From positions 17,610,001-17,674,000 of the forward strand of contig CM059433.1 in assembly GCA_030390025.1 (NCBI GenBank): 64,000 bases of DNA. The letters are read 5' to 3'. This document shows, one piece after another, positions 1-11,815 of this stretch (position 1 is the stretch's first letter; the number at the start of each line of letters is the position of its first letter). Below the pieces are notes generated by a model. It was not told the origin of the DNA. It searched no databases and saw only the letters and a program-made list of their open reading frames with translations. The translations under genes and the position numbers were made by a program. The stretch comes from Squalus acanthias (lineage: Eukaryota).

Positions 1-210
1 CAGCCAATTTGCGCACAACAAGGTCCCATAAACAGCAGTGAAATACATGATCAGATAATCTGTTTTAGTGATGTTGGTTGAGGGATAAATATTGGCCAGA
101 ACACTGGGGAAAACTCCTCTGCTCTTCTTCGAAAAGTGTCATGGGAGGGATCTTTAACGTTCACCTGAGAGGGCAGCCGGGGTCTTGATTTAACGTCTTA
201 TCCAAAAGAA
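1..210 (-). mobile_element. DeuSINE/SacSINE1-like SINE, central part (cut by the window edge)
   Basis: Reverse complement is similar to 41045-41230 (ttccctcaaccaacacca, ctggccaa). Family name comes from recalled shark SINE sequence. Confidence 0.7.
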
Positions 211-499
211 CGGGAGTTATTTATTAATATATCCCATTTATATATTTCACAGATTTCTGCACTTACTTTTTTAGGTGTGTTTTATTGTGGCTCACTTTCT
301 AATGTCACTTCATTCCAAAATCTTGGAACACTCGGTGCACACATGAAGCTAGAAACCCTGGTGCTTATTTAAGGCTGAAAATGAGCAGCAATTATACAAG
401 CAACCCAAGGCCACAAATAATTTCACCAGATGGACACACATATAGCAGCATTCGATATTTGTTCTTACAGAATCTTGTAACACCTATCAACAATAGATT

Positions 500-878
500 G
501 ATTACGCAGGTAGTTAGCCTGACCATTGGACCCCCCGCCACCACCCCCCCCACCCTGCGATGCGGTCCCCCCGGACCACAATTGGACCCCCCCCCCCGGT
601 GATCCCGACTCCCCCCCACTCCCGCCCACGATCTCGCTCACTCCCCAATACACCTATCTGCTCTCGTAGGCTTCGGCCTTGTGAAGAAGGCTTCCCACCC
701 GAAAGGCCTCCAGCCTGTCAATCAGGCTACCTGTGGGCGGGAACCCCACAGAAAAAAATTTAAAGCAGCTCTGCATTTAAATTCTTCAGGGCATTCGGGA
801 AACCCGTTCTTCCGGGTTTCCCGACCTCACAACAGCCCCCCTGGACAGAACTCGCCTCCAGGCTAAAATCCAGGTCCA
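500..878. mobile_element. Partial GC-rich MITE (putative PIF/Harbinger non-autonomous)
   Basis: C-rich tract and cagcctgtcaatcaggct motif shared with 8463-8480. Ends in taaaatccaggtcc, similar to other MITE termini in the window. Confidence 0.5.
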
Positions 879-949
879 TGTCCCCGACAAACTGGTGAAC
901 CCCTTTACTGCCTCATATCTAGTTAATTAATAGCATGACCCAGGGATCG

Positions 950-2380
950 GAACAAAACATTGAACGCTGAGCCAAAGTTATTGGAGGGCTGACTTAAAGC
1001 TTGGTCAAGGAGGTGTGTTTTAAGGAAGGTCTTAAAGGCGGACAAGAAAGCGGAGGGGTTTAGGGAGGGAAGTTCAGCTGGTGGGGTCGAGGCAGCTGAC
1101 AGTCTAGCCGCCAATGATGTGGTAAAGGGAAGGAACAGTTACACAAAGACCACAGTCAGAGGAGTGGGCAATTCGGGGGGTGGAGGGTTGTGGGGCTGGA
1201 GGAGGTTACAGTGATCGCAAAGGACAAACTCATGAAGGTATTTAAACATGAGGATGAGAATTTAAAATTTCAGGCAGTGGGAACTGGGGGCCGATGTAAT
1301 CCAGCGAGAGCAGGGGTGATGGGTGAGCATAGATAGGATATGGGCAGCAGAGTTTTGGAGGGGCTGAAGTTTACGGAATGTGGAGGATGGACAGCCAGCC
1401 AGGAAAGCATTGGAATAGTAGAGCCCAGCTGTGATAAAAACATGGATGCGGGTTTCAGCAGCAGATAGGCTGAGTCAGGCAGGCGATGTTACAGAGGTGA
1501 AAGTAGGCAGTCTTTTTGATGGAAAGTATATGGGGTCAGAAGCTTAGTTTGGGGGTCGAATAGGACTTTGAAAAATGTGACCAGTCTGGTTCAGCCTGAG
1601 ACAGTGGCTGGAGAGGGCGGAGGGAGGTGGAATCGGCAGTAAAGGTACAGGGTTTGTGACAATGGCCAAGGACAATGGCTTCAGTCTTTCCAATGTTTGG
1701 CTGCAGCAAATTGCAGCTCATCCAAGACCTGTTGTCATCATCTTCTTTTTCTTAGGCAGTCCCTCGGAACCGAGGATGACTTGCTTCCACATTAAAAATG
1801 AGTTCTCAGGTGACTGATGAGTCCAATGCGGGACCTACAGTCTCTGTCACAGGTGGGGCAGACAGTGGTTGAAGGGGCGGGTGGGTGGGGTGCTCGGGTT
1901 GACATGCGCTCCTTGCGCTTGGCTTCCGCTTGCTCCCGGCGAAGAGACACGAGGTGTTCGGCGCCTTCCCGGATGCTTCTCCTCCACTTTGTGCGGTCTT
2001 GGGCCAGGGATTCCCAGGTGTCGGTGGGGATGTTGCACTTTTTCAAGGAGGCTTTGAGGGTGTCCTTGAAGCGTTTCCTCTGCCCACCTGGGGCTCTCTT
2101 GCCTGTTGTCATATAAGCAATCTGATAACTCAGAGGGAGGGGCGGGGCTGTGGCTGGCGGGGGGGTGGGGGGCGGTCAAGACTGGTGGTGGAGAGGTCAG
2201 TATATGTGAGGAAACTGACTCCATGTCTGCTATTGATGTTGCCAAGAGGTAGCATGTAGATGATGAAGAGGAAGGGGCCTAGGATAGACCCCTAGAGGAC
2301 TCTGAAGGTAACGGGGTGCGGGGACAGGAAATAAGTTATTGCTGACGATGCTGTGGCTGCAATCAGACAGGTGAGAATGA
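950..2380 (-). mobile_element. Degenerate L2 LINE 3' portion, interrupted by an RTE insertion
   Basis: Reverse complement resembles the L2 copy at 6072-6918 (gaccaagcttt; IGKTEAIV-like translation in ORF 1536-1721). Confidence 0.75.
1739..2101 (-). mobile_element. RTE-clade LINE, 5'-truncated 3' end
   Basis: Translation GKRAPGGQRKRFKDTLKASLK...CPTCDRDCRSRIGLISHLRTH is a typical RTE C-terminus with zinc finger. GAA/GAT-type tail. 11-bp TSD cctgttgtcat at 1728-1738 and 2102-2112. Confidence 0.9.
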
Positions 2381-2854
2381 AACCTTGGTGTTTTTCCAAT
2401 TACCAAGTCAGGCTAAGAAATTGCTTATTGTTTAGTCTCTGGGTAAAATAACTTCCATTTAGCATATTAACCACCTTTTGTCTGGTGGTCTGGTTGAACA
2501 TTAAAAGTACCACTTTGTTCGAATACTTTCTGTGGAAAAATGGTCAAAAAATCCTGAAACACGACAGATGTAATTCTGTGAAGTACCTTCAGTCAATTAA
2601 GCTATTTACATCTGTTTTCAATAAACACGAAAAAGATTATTGTCAAATTCACAGAGAAATTCAGACACATTTATTATTTCTGCAGGTGTGATTCTGAGCA
2701 ATTAATTCCAACCAACATTTATTAATGGTTTAGTGTGAGAGTTAAAAATATATTAAACAACCTTTTCTATACCAGGAACAACCCTTGTACAGTTTCCACA
2801 ATCATTCCCTCCGACCTCATGCTGTGGTTTAGTGGTCCAAACATTAAAGGAGAA

Positions 2855-2960
2855 AAGAAAAAGGAAAGAACTTGCATTTATGTAGTGCCTTTCACATCCT
2901 CAGACTGTCCCAAAGCTCTTCACAGCCAATGAATTACTTTTGAATTATTGTCGCTGATGT
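2855..2960 (-). mobile_element. L2-related SINE 3' tail
   Basis: aacttgcatttatgtagtgcctttcac...cccaaagctcttcaca matches the L2/SINE tail motif seen at 33080 and 42530. Confidence 0.55.
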
Positions 2961-3073
2961 TAAGTTGAAGTTTAGTCACCTATTGTCTTTAACAGAATAG
3001 TTTGCCTCCTGCTCATTATGTCTTTCTACAACACCATTAGTCAACGTTATATCCCAACAAACAAATTATGGTT

Positions 3074-4137
3074 TCATAGAATCATAGAAAGTTTGGCACG
3101 GAAGGAGGTCATTTCGGCCCATCGTGTCCGCGCCGGCCAACAAAGAGCTTTCCAGCCTAATCCCACTTCCCAGCTCTTGGTCCGTAGCCCTGCAGGTTAC
3201 AGCATCCCAAGTGCACATCCAAGTACTTTTTAAATGTTGTTAGGGTTTCTGCCTCTACCACCCTTTCAGGCAGTGATTTCCAGACCCCCACAACTCTCTG
3301 GGTGAAGAAATTTCCCCTCAAATCCCCTCTAAACCTTCCACCAATTACTTTAAATCTGTGCCCCCTGGTTTTTGATCCCTCTGCTAAGGGAAATAGGTCC
3401 TTTCTATCCACTTTATCTATGCCCCTCATAATTTTCTACACCTCAATAAGGTCTCCCCTCAGCCTCCTCTGTTCCAAGGAAAACAGACCCAGCCTATCCA
3501 GTCTTTCCTCATAGCTAAGATTCTCTACTCCCGGCAACATCCTCGTAAATCTCCTCTGTACCCTCTCTAGTGCAATCACATCTTTCCTGTAATGTGGTGA
3601 CCAGAACTGCACGCAGGACTCTAGCTGATGCCTAACTAGTGTTTTATACAGTTGAAGCATAACCCCCCTGCTCTTGTATTCTATGCCACGGCTAATAAAG
3701 GCAAGCATTCCGTATGCCTTCTTAACCACCTTATCTACCTGGCCTGCTACCTTCAGGGATCTGTGGACATGCACTCCAAGGTCCCTTTGTTCCTCTACAC
3801 TACTCAGTGTCCTACCATTTAATGTGTATTCCCTTTCCTTGTTAGCCCTCCCCAAATGCATTACCTCACACTTCTCCGGATTGAATTCCATTTGCCACTG
3901 TTCTGCCCATCTGACCAATTTATTGATATCTTCCTGCAGTCTACAGCTTCCTTCTTCAGCCTCAACCACACAGCCGATTTTAGTATCATCTGCAAACTTC
4001 TTAATCATACCCACTATATTCAAGTCTAGATCATTGATATACCACAAATAGCAAGGGACCTAGTACTGAGCCCTGCGGAACCCCACTGGAAACAGCCTTC
4101 CAGTCACAAAAACACCCATCAACCATTACCCTCTGCT
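3074..4137 (-). mobile_element. CR1 LINE, 5'-truncated (RT C-terminal part and 3' UTR)
   Basis: ORF 3436-4047 has YINDL...KFADDTK...CVQFWSPHY...RRLRGDLIEV. (TTCTATGA)n-type tail at 3074-3090. Confidence 0.93.
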
Positions 4138-5078
4138 TGTTTGTTTGTTTGATGAATATCTATCAGTCTGTGGTACCTAATATAACTGGGAATTCTTTGG
4201 TGCCTCTAATCTAGGGTCAGCTTTTTGAAGACAATAACATTTTCTCCCTTCATTGCCAAACTTTACAAGGAATGTGAAATACAGTTTATTGGATCAAAGG
4301 AGGTTATTCCCTTAGTTGACAGTTCAGGCTACATCATCTGCTAGAAAGTACTCAGCTTAATCCAACTGTACGTCATCTTAATAGTACACATTGTTTCATT
4401 GGGTTCCTTTTTAATTGAGCATCTGTGTGCAGATACAATCCATTCCAACAATTTACAGGTCCCCAATGCAGCCCATAACCTGTATTTGAAACCATTTCAA
4501 CACACAAATGGTTTTACTTCACACTTTTCTCACATGGCCCGCCCTGATTAAGTTGAAGGGGAATAATTTGGTACTTTAGGTTGGAATACCACTATTTGGC
4601 CATAAAAATCAATCCACAATTTATCATAAACCTCTTAAACCTTACACATTAGATCATAAGTAGGAATATCACTACCTGGCTATAAAAAATCAGGACACTC
4701 GTTTTCTCAGGCCTTTAGCCAAGGCTATTCAAACTTCAGGTCAGTGAAGCAGTAAACCCTGGACTCAGTCTGGAAGTAGAAGAAATATTCAGAACGCATG
4801 CTTAACTACTCCTTAATCCGCCATTCAGAATTGCTGGTATACAGAACCCTCTGCTCCTGTGCCCAGTGTGCTATTAAGCTTCGAGCAGCAATATCACTGA
4901 TTTGTCTTTATTCCCTGAACCTTTCATCACTATGGTGACAATAAAGCAGCAACTTTTCTAAAACAAACTGAAATTTAAAATTGACTGTGATACAATAGAA
5001 GCCATCTTATTTATTGCGTCCGGAGTTCCTCTCCCTTGTTTTGAATTACCTGCATCATGAAATTGTCTACAAGACAAT

Positions 5079-5191
5079 GGAGGTCATTTTGACTTTGCGC
5101 GATAGTGAATCGGCAGCCCGTTTTACATCACTCCCGATTTTTATTTCCCTGGACCTCAATTTCACTATCGCACAAAGTCAGAATTACCCCC
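5079..5191. mobile_element. Short hairpin MITE
   Basis: About 30-bp imperfect TIRs ggaggtcattttgactttgcgcgatagtgaa / ttcactatcgcacaaagtcagaattaccccc. Flanks aat/att. Confidence 0.7.
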
Positions 5192-6071
5192 ATTTACTGT
5201 GCAGCAGGGTTCTGTGATTGATGGAGTAAAGGGCTATTTCAAGAAATCCACACATCTGAGCATTTTTATTAAATATTACAGTTCTTATGTTTACATTTTA
5301 TCCGGGCTAGACAGAGATTGTCGCAAAATTATTTACAGAGTTCTTTATTGAACATTTGCTGTAATGCAAAAAAAAACTACCAAAATGCAGCAATATAAAG
5401 ATGTCATACTGTATCACAAAAGATCAATTTTTATGTACTATTAGTTCCAGGCAGATTGTCAATCTCAGTTAATTGTTGTTGCACAAAATTTGATCTATCA
5501 AGGACATTCCTCATCAGTTGACATGTCAGAGCAACTAGTTCATGTGGCAAGCTTCACATACATGGAAAATGCATCAAGTTATAGTGTTCATTGTTATTAA
5601 ATGTTTTAATTAGAAATTACTGTTCCAGTGTGTGGCTTGCGTTTGTTTCATTTTCCAGACAGTGGCTACTGAGTAAGATTGAAGAGAATCCTTTAATTTC
5701 GGTCAGATTATTTTTGCTGATTTTAATTGCTAACAGCTGCATGGGTGTAAATCATGAGATTTTCTCGTGAGCTGACATGCTAATGGTTTATCCATAGTGA
5801 ATATTTGTGAACCTGTGCATTGAGTGAGTTGTCACGGGCTAAAAAGAATGATCTGCCACTTGCATATGTAAATATTCATATGGTTGATGGCTTTCGTACT
5901 TGTAAATGATTATGTTCTCTAAGAACCTGACTTCAAAAGAATTGAAAGGTTAAAATTAGGACACGGACAAGTCACTGCAGTTCTTTCAAAATTCTGGGGA
6001 CTGATTCAGATGGGAAGCTGAGGAATGATGGGAGATACTGGGGCCGATTTTCATCATACTATTGCCTCGTT

Positions 6072-6918
6072 TTCTCCAACAAAATATTGGGAAGACCGAA
6101 GCCATTGTCTTCGATCCCCGCCATAAACTCTGTTCCCTGGCCACTGACTCCATCCCTCTCCCAGCATCTGTCTGAGGCTGAACCACACTGTTCGCAACCT
6201 TGAAATTTGACCCTGAAATGAGCTACCGAGCACATATCCGCGCTATAACTAAGACCGCCTATTTCCACCTCTGTAACATCGCCCATCTCTGCCCCTGCCT
6301 CAGCTCATCTACTGCTGAAACCCTCATCTGCGCCTTTGTTACCTGTAGACTTGACTATTCCTACGCACTCCTGCTGGCCTCCCACATTCCACCCTACGTA
6401 AACTTGAGCTCATCCAAAACGCGGCTGCCCGTGTCCTAACTCGCACCAAGTCCTATTCACCCATCACCCCTGTGCCCGCTGACCTACATTGGCTCCTGGT
6501 TAAGCAACGTCTCGATTTTAAAATTGTCATCCTTGTTTCATATCCCTGCATGGCCTCGCCCCTCCCTATCTCTGTAATCTCCTCCAGCCCCACAACTACC
6601 CCCACACCGAGATATCTGCGCTCCTCTAATTCTGGCCTTTTGCGCATCCCTGATTTTAATCGCTCAACCATTGGTGGCCGTGCCTTCAGTTGCTTAGGCC
6701 CTAAGCTCTGGAATTCCCTGCCTAAACCTCTCCGCCTCTCTTTCCTCCTTTAAGACTCTCCTTATAACCTACCTCTTTGACCAAGCTTTTGATCATCTGC
6801 CCTAATTTCTCCTTATGTAGCTCGGTGTCAAATTTTGTTTGATAACACTCATGTGAAGCGCCTTGGGACATTTTACTATGTTAAAGGCGCTATAGAAGTT
6901 GTTGTTGTTGTTGTTGTT
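6072..6918 (+). mobile_element. L2 LINE 3' end
   Basis: Translations AFVTCRLDYSYALL, DLHWLLVKQRLDFKI and GGRAFSCLGPKLWNSLP. (GTT)n tail. Confidence 0.9.
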
Positions 6919-7271
6919 TACACTTGTCGTGGGACATAAATTGGGGAAAGGATAGTCCTACCAACTTATTGTTGGGGGGTCCGCCTGCCGGTAGGTGGGG
7001 TCCTCATAAATGTTAAAATGCCAGATGTAATTTTAACTCGGAGATGTACGAATCGCTCAGTCTCCAAGCTGTCAGCAAAAGCTGGCAACAAGCAACATCG
7101 GACCAGAAGAGGCCCAGGTAAGTAGTAACTTTTAAAATTTGTGAAAGGAATTTGTGGCCCATGAGGAGCAGGAGTGTAAATCTGGGTATGTTACTCAAGG
7201 TCAGTAGAACTATTCAACACCGGCTCTCCTTCAGCTAACATATTTTTAAAAATTGGACAATATTTAAACAA

Positions 7272-8825
7272 TGCCAGCATTTTGCGGTAGAAATAACAGG
7301 GCGCTATCAGCGCTCACCGTTATTAAAGAGTAAATCGGGCAGTGACCACACATGCACAGTTAAACGCTGAAATCAGTTGCTGTCCGAGTTGCCCTGCTCT
7401 TCCAAAAGCTTCGCTGTAACAGTATCTCGCTGAGAGAATGGGCATTCAAATACATGAAGGGCGTGAAATTGCGGTACTTTTGTGATAGATACACCTAAAC
7501 TCACCAGAAAAAGTTTGGGGTTGTCCATTTTAAATTTTTAAAGGTGTGATAAGTCTTAATTACTGCCAAACAACCTCTCTGGCACTGAAAGTTAACTTTA
7601 CAAGTGTGGAGTCTCATTCCTTCAGATTTTAATTATTGTTGGAGATTTTTAAAAATTAAATAATTTTTTTTTACTTTTTCTTTCTGCATTTTTTATCACC
7701 CTCTTCTAATCCCATCTTTCTTTCACTCTCCTTATTAAGCTTTTTGTATGTGATTCAGCATTGAATTAAATATTCTAACTTACACTTCCTGGTTCAGACT
7801 CTGCGAGGGGACATTTAACCCTCAAAAATGAGTGGGTTTGCATTGGGTGGGATGTAAAAAATATTTAAATCTCAGGCCCGAACCCAACCCGCCTCGAACC
7901 CACCCACATCTAGTTTTAAAGGAGGCGGGATGGGAGCGGGTGACCAACTCACTCCCAGAATGTGGGTTGGCCATTTAAATATTTTAATGAGGCTGCCTCA
8001 GATTTTAACTCTCGTCCAGGTTTAACGCTGGACGGCCGGTTTCACGGGCCTCGGGAAACCAGGCAGCTAAAGGAAGGCATGGACTCCTGCGTGGAAGAGG
8101 GAAGTACTTTCCCAGTACTGCTTGTGGGCCAGAAGGAGCAGGAGTGCTTCCTTCCAGCCCCCAAGTTAAACTGTGATTGGACCACCCACGCCCCCCCCCC
8201 TCCACCCCACCGCACGATCGCACACCCCCACGATATCACCAGCCCCCACAATCACTGACAGCACCCCCCCCCCGCGATCACATTTCCCCCGAACCCTCCA
8301 TCTCTTCCCCTGATCTGTCTCCGACCCCACATGATCACCTCCCCCGCTCCTCCAAACCACGCTCTACCTATCCCTCCTCGCGATCTCTACCCCGGCAGCA
8401 GGAAACCTACCTGCTCCTGGGCTGCGGCCTCTGCTGCAGCACTCCCTGCCCGATAAGGAGCCAAGCCTGTCAATCAGGCTGGCTTCCAGGTGGGGATTCT
8501 GTTGAAAAAAAAACCCACACATACTGTAAAGTTAAAATTCCATGGCGTTGACCAGAGCTCCTCGCCCCGCTTGGAAATCCCGCCCCAGTAACGATCAGGG
8601 CGTGCATGTCACAGTGAGGATTCTTCAATCTGATTGGTTAAGGAGATACACAGTTGCTTTCCCTGTTCACACAGGTCTCAGATCCCCTGTAGAGGGCGCC
8701 GCGCTGTTTGGCTCTCTAATAACCTGCAGGTTCCAGTACAAAAGCCCGTAGAAAGTCTGTGAGCAAGTGTGAGTGTAATGAACGACTGTTGCCGTTCGTT
8801 CGTCGCTGAGTACAAAACCCGGGCC
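7272..8825 (-). mobile_element. Host MITE family A (putative Harbinger non-autonomous), carrying a nested insertion
   Basis: Colinear reverse-complement similarity with 56316-57707 along both arms. Right terminus acaaaacccgggcc. Strand is relative to the 56316 copy. Confidence 0.75.
7805..8602. mobile_element. Nested MITE family B with 3-bp TSD
   Basis: TSD tgc at 7802-7804 and 8603-8605. Start gaggggacatttaac resembles the reverse complement of the ends at 20784 and 38277. Confidence 0.75.
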
Positions 8826-9000
8826 TACATGTCTCCTTGCACACAGCATATTCACAGCGATAAGATAACTGACTGCTATAGAAAGATTGCTTTAAAAAGA
8901 TCAAATTTTTATCTGTGAAGTATTATGTTACACTAAATGCTCAGTATGAATAATGGTTTTCACTCGTACAATAAAAGGTAGTCATTAGGAACCCTGTGCT

Positions 9001-9800
9001 ACCCCTTCACCTCACACCGTGTCCCTCCGCCCCTCGCACTGACCCAGCCTGACCCCTTCACCTCACACTGTGTCCCTCCGCCCCTCACTGACCCAGCCTG
9101 ACCCCTTCACCTCACACTGTGTCCCTCCGCCCCTCGCACTGACCCAGCCTGACCCCTTCACCTCACACCGTGTCCCTCCACCCCTCACTGACCCAGCCTG
9201 ACCCCTTCACACCACACCGTGTCCCTCCGCCCCTCGCGCTGACCCAGCCTGACCCCTTCACCTCACACCGTGTCCCTCCGCCCCTCGCACTGACCCAGCC
9301 TGACCCCTTCACCTCACACCGTGTCCCTCCGCCCCTCGCACTGACCCAGCCTGACCCCTTCACCTCACACCGTGTCCCTCCGCCCCTCGCACTGACCCAG
9401 CCTGACCCCTTCACCTCACACCGTGTCCCTCCGCCCCTTCACACTGACCCAGCCTGACCCCTTCACCTCACACCGTGTCCCTCCGCCCCTCACTGACCCA
9501 GCCTGACCCCTTCACACCACACCGTGTCCCTCCACCCCTCACTGACCCAGCCTGATCCCTTCACACCACACCGTGTCCCTCCGCCCCTCACTGACCCAGC
9601 CTGACCCCTTCACACCACACCGTGTCCCTCCGTCCCTCGCACTGACCCAGCCTGACCCCTTCACCTCACACCGTGTCCCTCCGCCCCTCACTGACCCAGC
9701 CTGACCCCTTCACATTCATAACGTGTCCCTCCGCCTCTCGCACAGACCCAGCCTGGCCCCGTCACACCACACCGTGTCCCTCTGTCTCTTACACGGACCC
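9001..9800. repeat. Minisatellite with 51/49-bp units, about 16 copies
   Basis: Unit gacccagcctgaccccttcacctcacaccgtgtccctccgcccctc(gc)act. Produces the 17-aa periodicity in the shadow ORFs. Confidence 0.95.
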
Positions 9801-9813
9801 ATACCTTTTATTT

Positions 9814-10800
9814 ACAAAAGCAAAATACTGCGGATGCTGGAAATCTGAAACAAAACTTTTTCCAGTTCTGACGAAAGGTCATCGACCTGAGACTGAGGGC
9901 GCGATCTTGCCAGCCCTGGGGAGGTGGGTATGGAGGCGGGACTGCCGGGAAAATGGCAGAATTTGGGGGCGGATGCCCAACCTGCCCTCAACCCGCCTCC
10001 GTGCCATCTTGCCAGGAGGCGGGTAGCCGACCCGCGCCGGGTCCCGTCTCCTTGGAGGCGGGAAGGGGATTACAGCCACTTAACAGCCTGTTAACAGGTA
10101 GTTAACAGGCAGATAAGAGGATTATCCCCATTTTACCCACACAAATGCGGGCTTCCCGACGGTTGCGAACCCCGCCAGGGTCAGCGAGGCGAGCAGTGGG
10201 TCTGCGGGGGTCAGAGAGCTTTAAAAGTGCGCTGTGAAGGTAAGTGATGGGTGCAAGTGTGGAGAGGTGAGTATGTGAGGTAAGTTGAATGTGTTAGAAA
10301 AAGTTTACTTACCTTTGTTTCTTCCTGCAGGCTTCAAGAGTTGGGTATGTGGAGAGTCTCGCACCTCCCCGGCAGAGATGACAGATGGCCGCTGCATTCT
10401 CCAATGTAACAACCATCTAATTTCTGCTAAAGAAAGAGGCTTGATGAGTCTTGAATTCAAAAACTCATCAAACTACAGAAAATGTCAGTGTTTGACAGCT
10501 TCACAGAGCTGTCCAACGATGACAATTCATCTGTCAAAAATCATACGCTGACGTTCTCTGTAACTGGCTTTCCCTTAATTGGCCTGCTAAGCCCGCTGGG
10601 CGGGCTTAACAAGGTCAATCAAGGGAGAATAGCGTGGGTTGGCCACAAATCGATGGAGGCGGGACATCAACCCGCCAAGCAGCAGTCCCACCTCCAACGC
10701 GCCACCATTGACAAAATCGCCCCCGTTAACTCTATTGCTCTCTCCACAGATGCTGCATGACCTGCTGAGTATTTCCAGCAATTTCTCTTTTTATTTACAG
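9814..10800 (+). mobile_element. Penelope-like terminal fragment with a hammerhead remnant, split by a MITE
   Basis: aaagcaaaatactgcggatgctggaaat...agttctgacgaaaggtcatcgacctga [insert] cgttaactct...ccacagatgctgc...gacctgctgagtatttccagca. Same family as 25945-26100. Confidence 0.7.
9895..10724. mobile_element. GC-rich MITE (putative Harbinger non-autonomous)
   Basis: Termini gagggcgcgatcttgcca / tgacaaaatcgccccc are imperfect inverted repeats. Interrupts an otherwise contiguous repeat. Confidence 0.65.
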
Positions 10801-10810
10801 ATTTTTTTTT

Positions 10811-10936
10811 AATTGAATTGAAATTCTGAAACTGCCATGGTGGGATTTGAACTTGCGTTCTGGATCGAATTGCCTGGATTGTTAGTCCAGGCCTCTAAAT
10901 TACCATTCCAGTAACATAACCCTACACTACCGTACC
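10811..10936 (-). mobile_element. tRNA-derived head of the family at 50138-53020 (head only)
   Basis: Reverse complement has tagtgtagggtt (A-box-like), cctggactaacaatccagg and agttcaaatcccaccatggcag (B box), matching 50141-50250. Confidence 0.75.
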
Positions 10937-11429
10937 CTGGTTGAAATATGATAGGATATATGGGAGTGCATATAGTTAGTAGATAACAGAAAGAATGGGC
11001 CATATGAGCCAAAAAGTAGATTCGAGTAAATGGGTGAACAAGACCGGCAGAATGCAGTAACAGACTTTTTCTCCATTATTGCCACGATGCTAAGTCTTGC
11101 ACCCATCCTAAAATGAGTGTAAGGAAATTATTGGGGAAAAAATTCTGTTAGTAAAGAACTGTCAGGGTTTTCTTAAGGGTCTACCTGGAGAAAATTGAGC
11201 AGAATTGTTGTGATGGGGTTGGGGCAGTAAATGAAAAGTTAATCCTGAATTCAAATTCAGAAAACAGTGCGGACCTGAGCGGGAGCGGCGACAACGGAGG
11301 TGGCGGCTTAAAGGGAGCACCGGAGAAGGCCCAGGACACAGCGCGGACCTGAGTGGGAGCGGCGGCGGCGGCTTAAAGGGAGCTGCGTGGCAACTTAAAA
11401 AAAAACAAAGAATGAGGTCACAGTACAGC

Positions 11430-11815
11430 AGGAGGCGGAGTATAAATCGAGTGGGAGGCCCAGAGAGAGCGCAGACCGGAGCAGCGGCAGCAGCAAGGAG
11501 GCAGAGTATAAATCGAGCGGGAGGCCCAGAGAGAGCGCAGACCGGAGCAGCGGCAGCAGCAAGGAGGCAGAGTATAAATCGAGCGGGAGGCCCAGAGAGA
11601 GCGCAGACCGGAGCAGCGGCAGCAGCAAGGAGGCAGAGTATAAATCGAGCGGGAGGCCCAGAGAGAGCGCAGACCGGAGCAGCGGCAGCAGCAAGGAGGC
11701 AGAGTATAAATCGAGCGGGAGGCCCAGAGAGAGCGCAGACCGGGGCAGTAAGGAGGCAGAGTATAAATCGAGCGGGAGGCCCAGAGAGATCACAGACCAG
11801 AGCAGCAAGGAGGCG
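11430..11815 (+). repeat. 66-bp tandem monomers in the CR1 5' UTR (about 6 copies), each with TATAAA
   Basis: gaggccc recurs at 11455, 11521, 11587, 11653 and 11719. Each unit contains gagtataaatcgag. Confidence 0.93.

Noticed and set aside
1814..1841. CTGATGA-GTCC-aatgcg-GGAC looks like a hammerhead core with stem II
   Set aside because: It is followed by CTAC rather than GAAA, and it is simply the antisense of RTE coding sequence (RSRIGLISH).
5641..5680. Possible 14-nt micro-exon (ttttccag ACAGTGGCTACTGA gtaaga)
   Set aside because: No partner exons or reading-frame context. Such motif pairs are expected by chance in 64 kb.
9001..9800. Regularly spaced repeats resembling a CRISPR array (also 27218-28888)
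   Set aside because: Units are head-to-tail with no unique spacers, there are no cas genes, and the context is eukaryotic.
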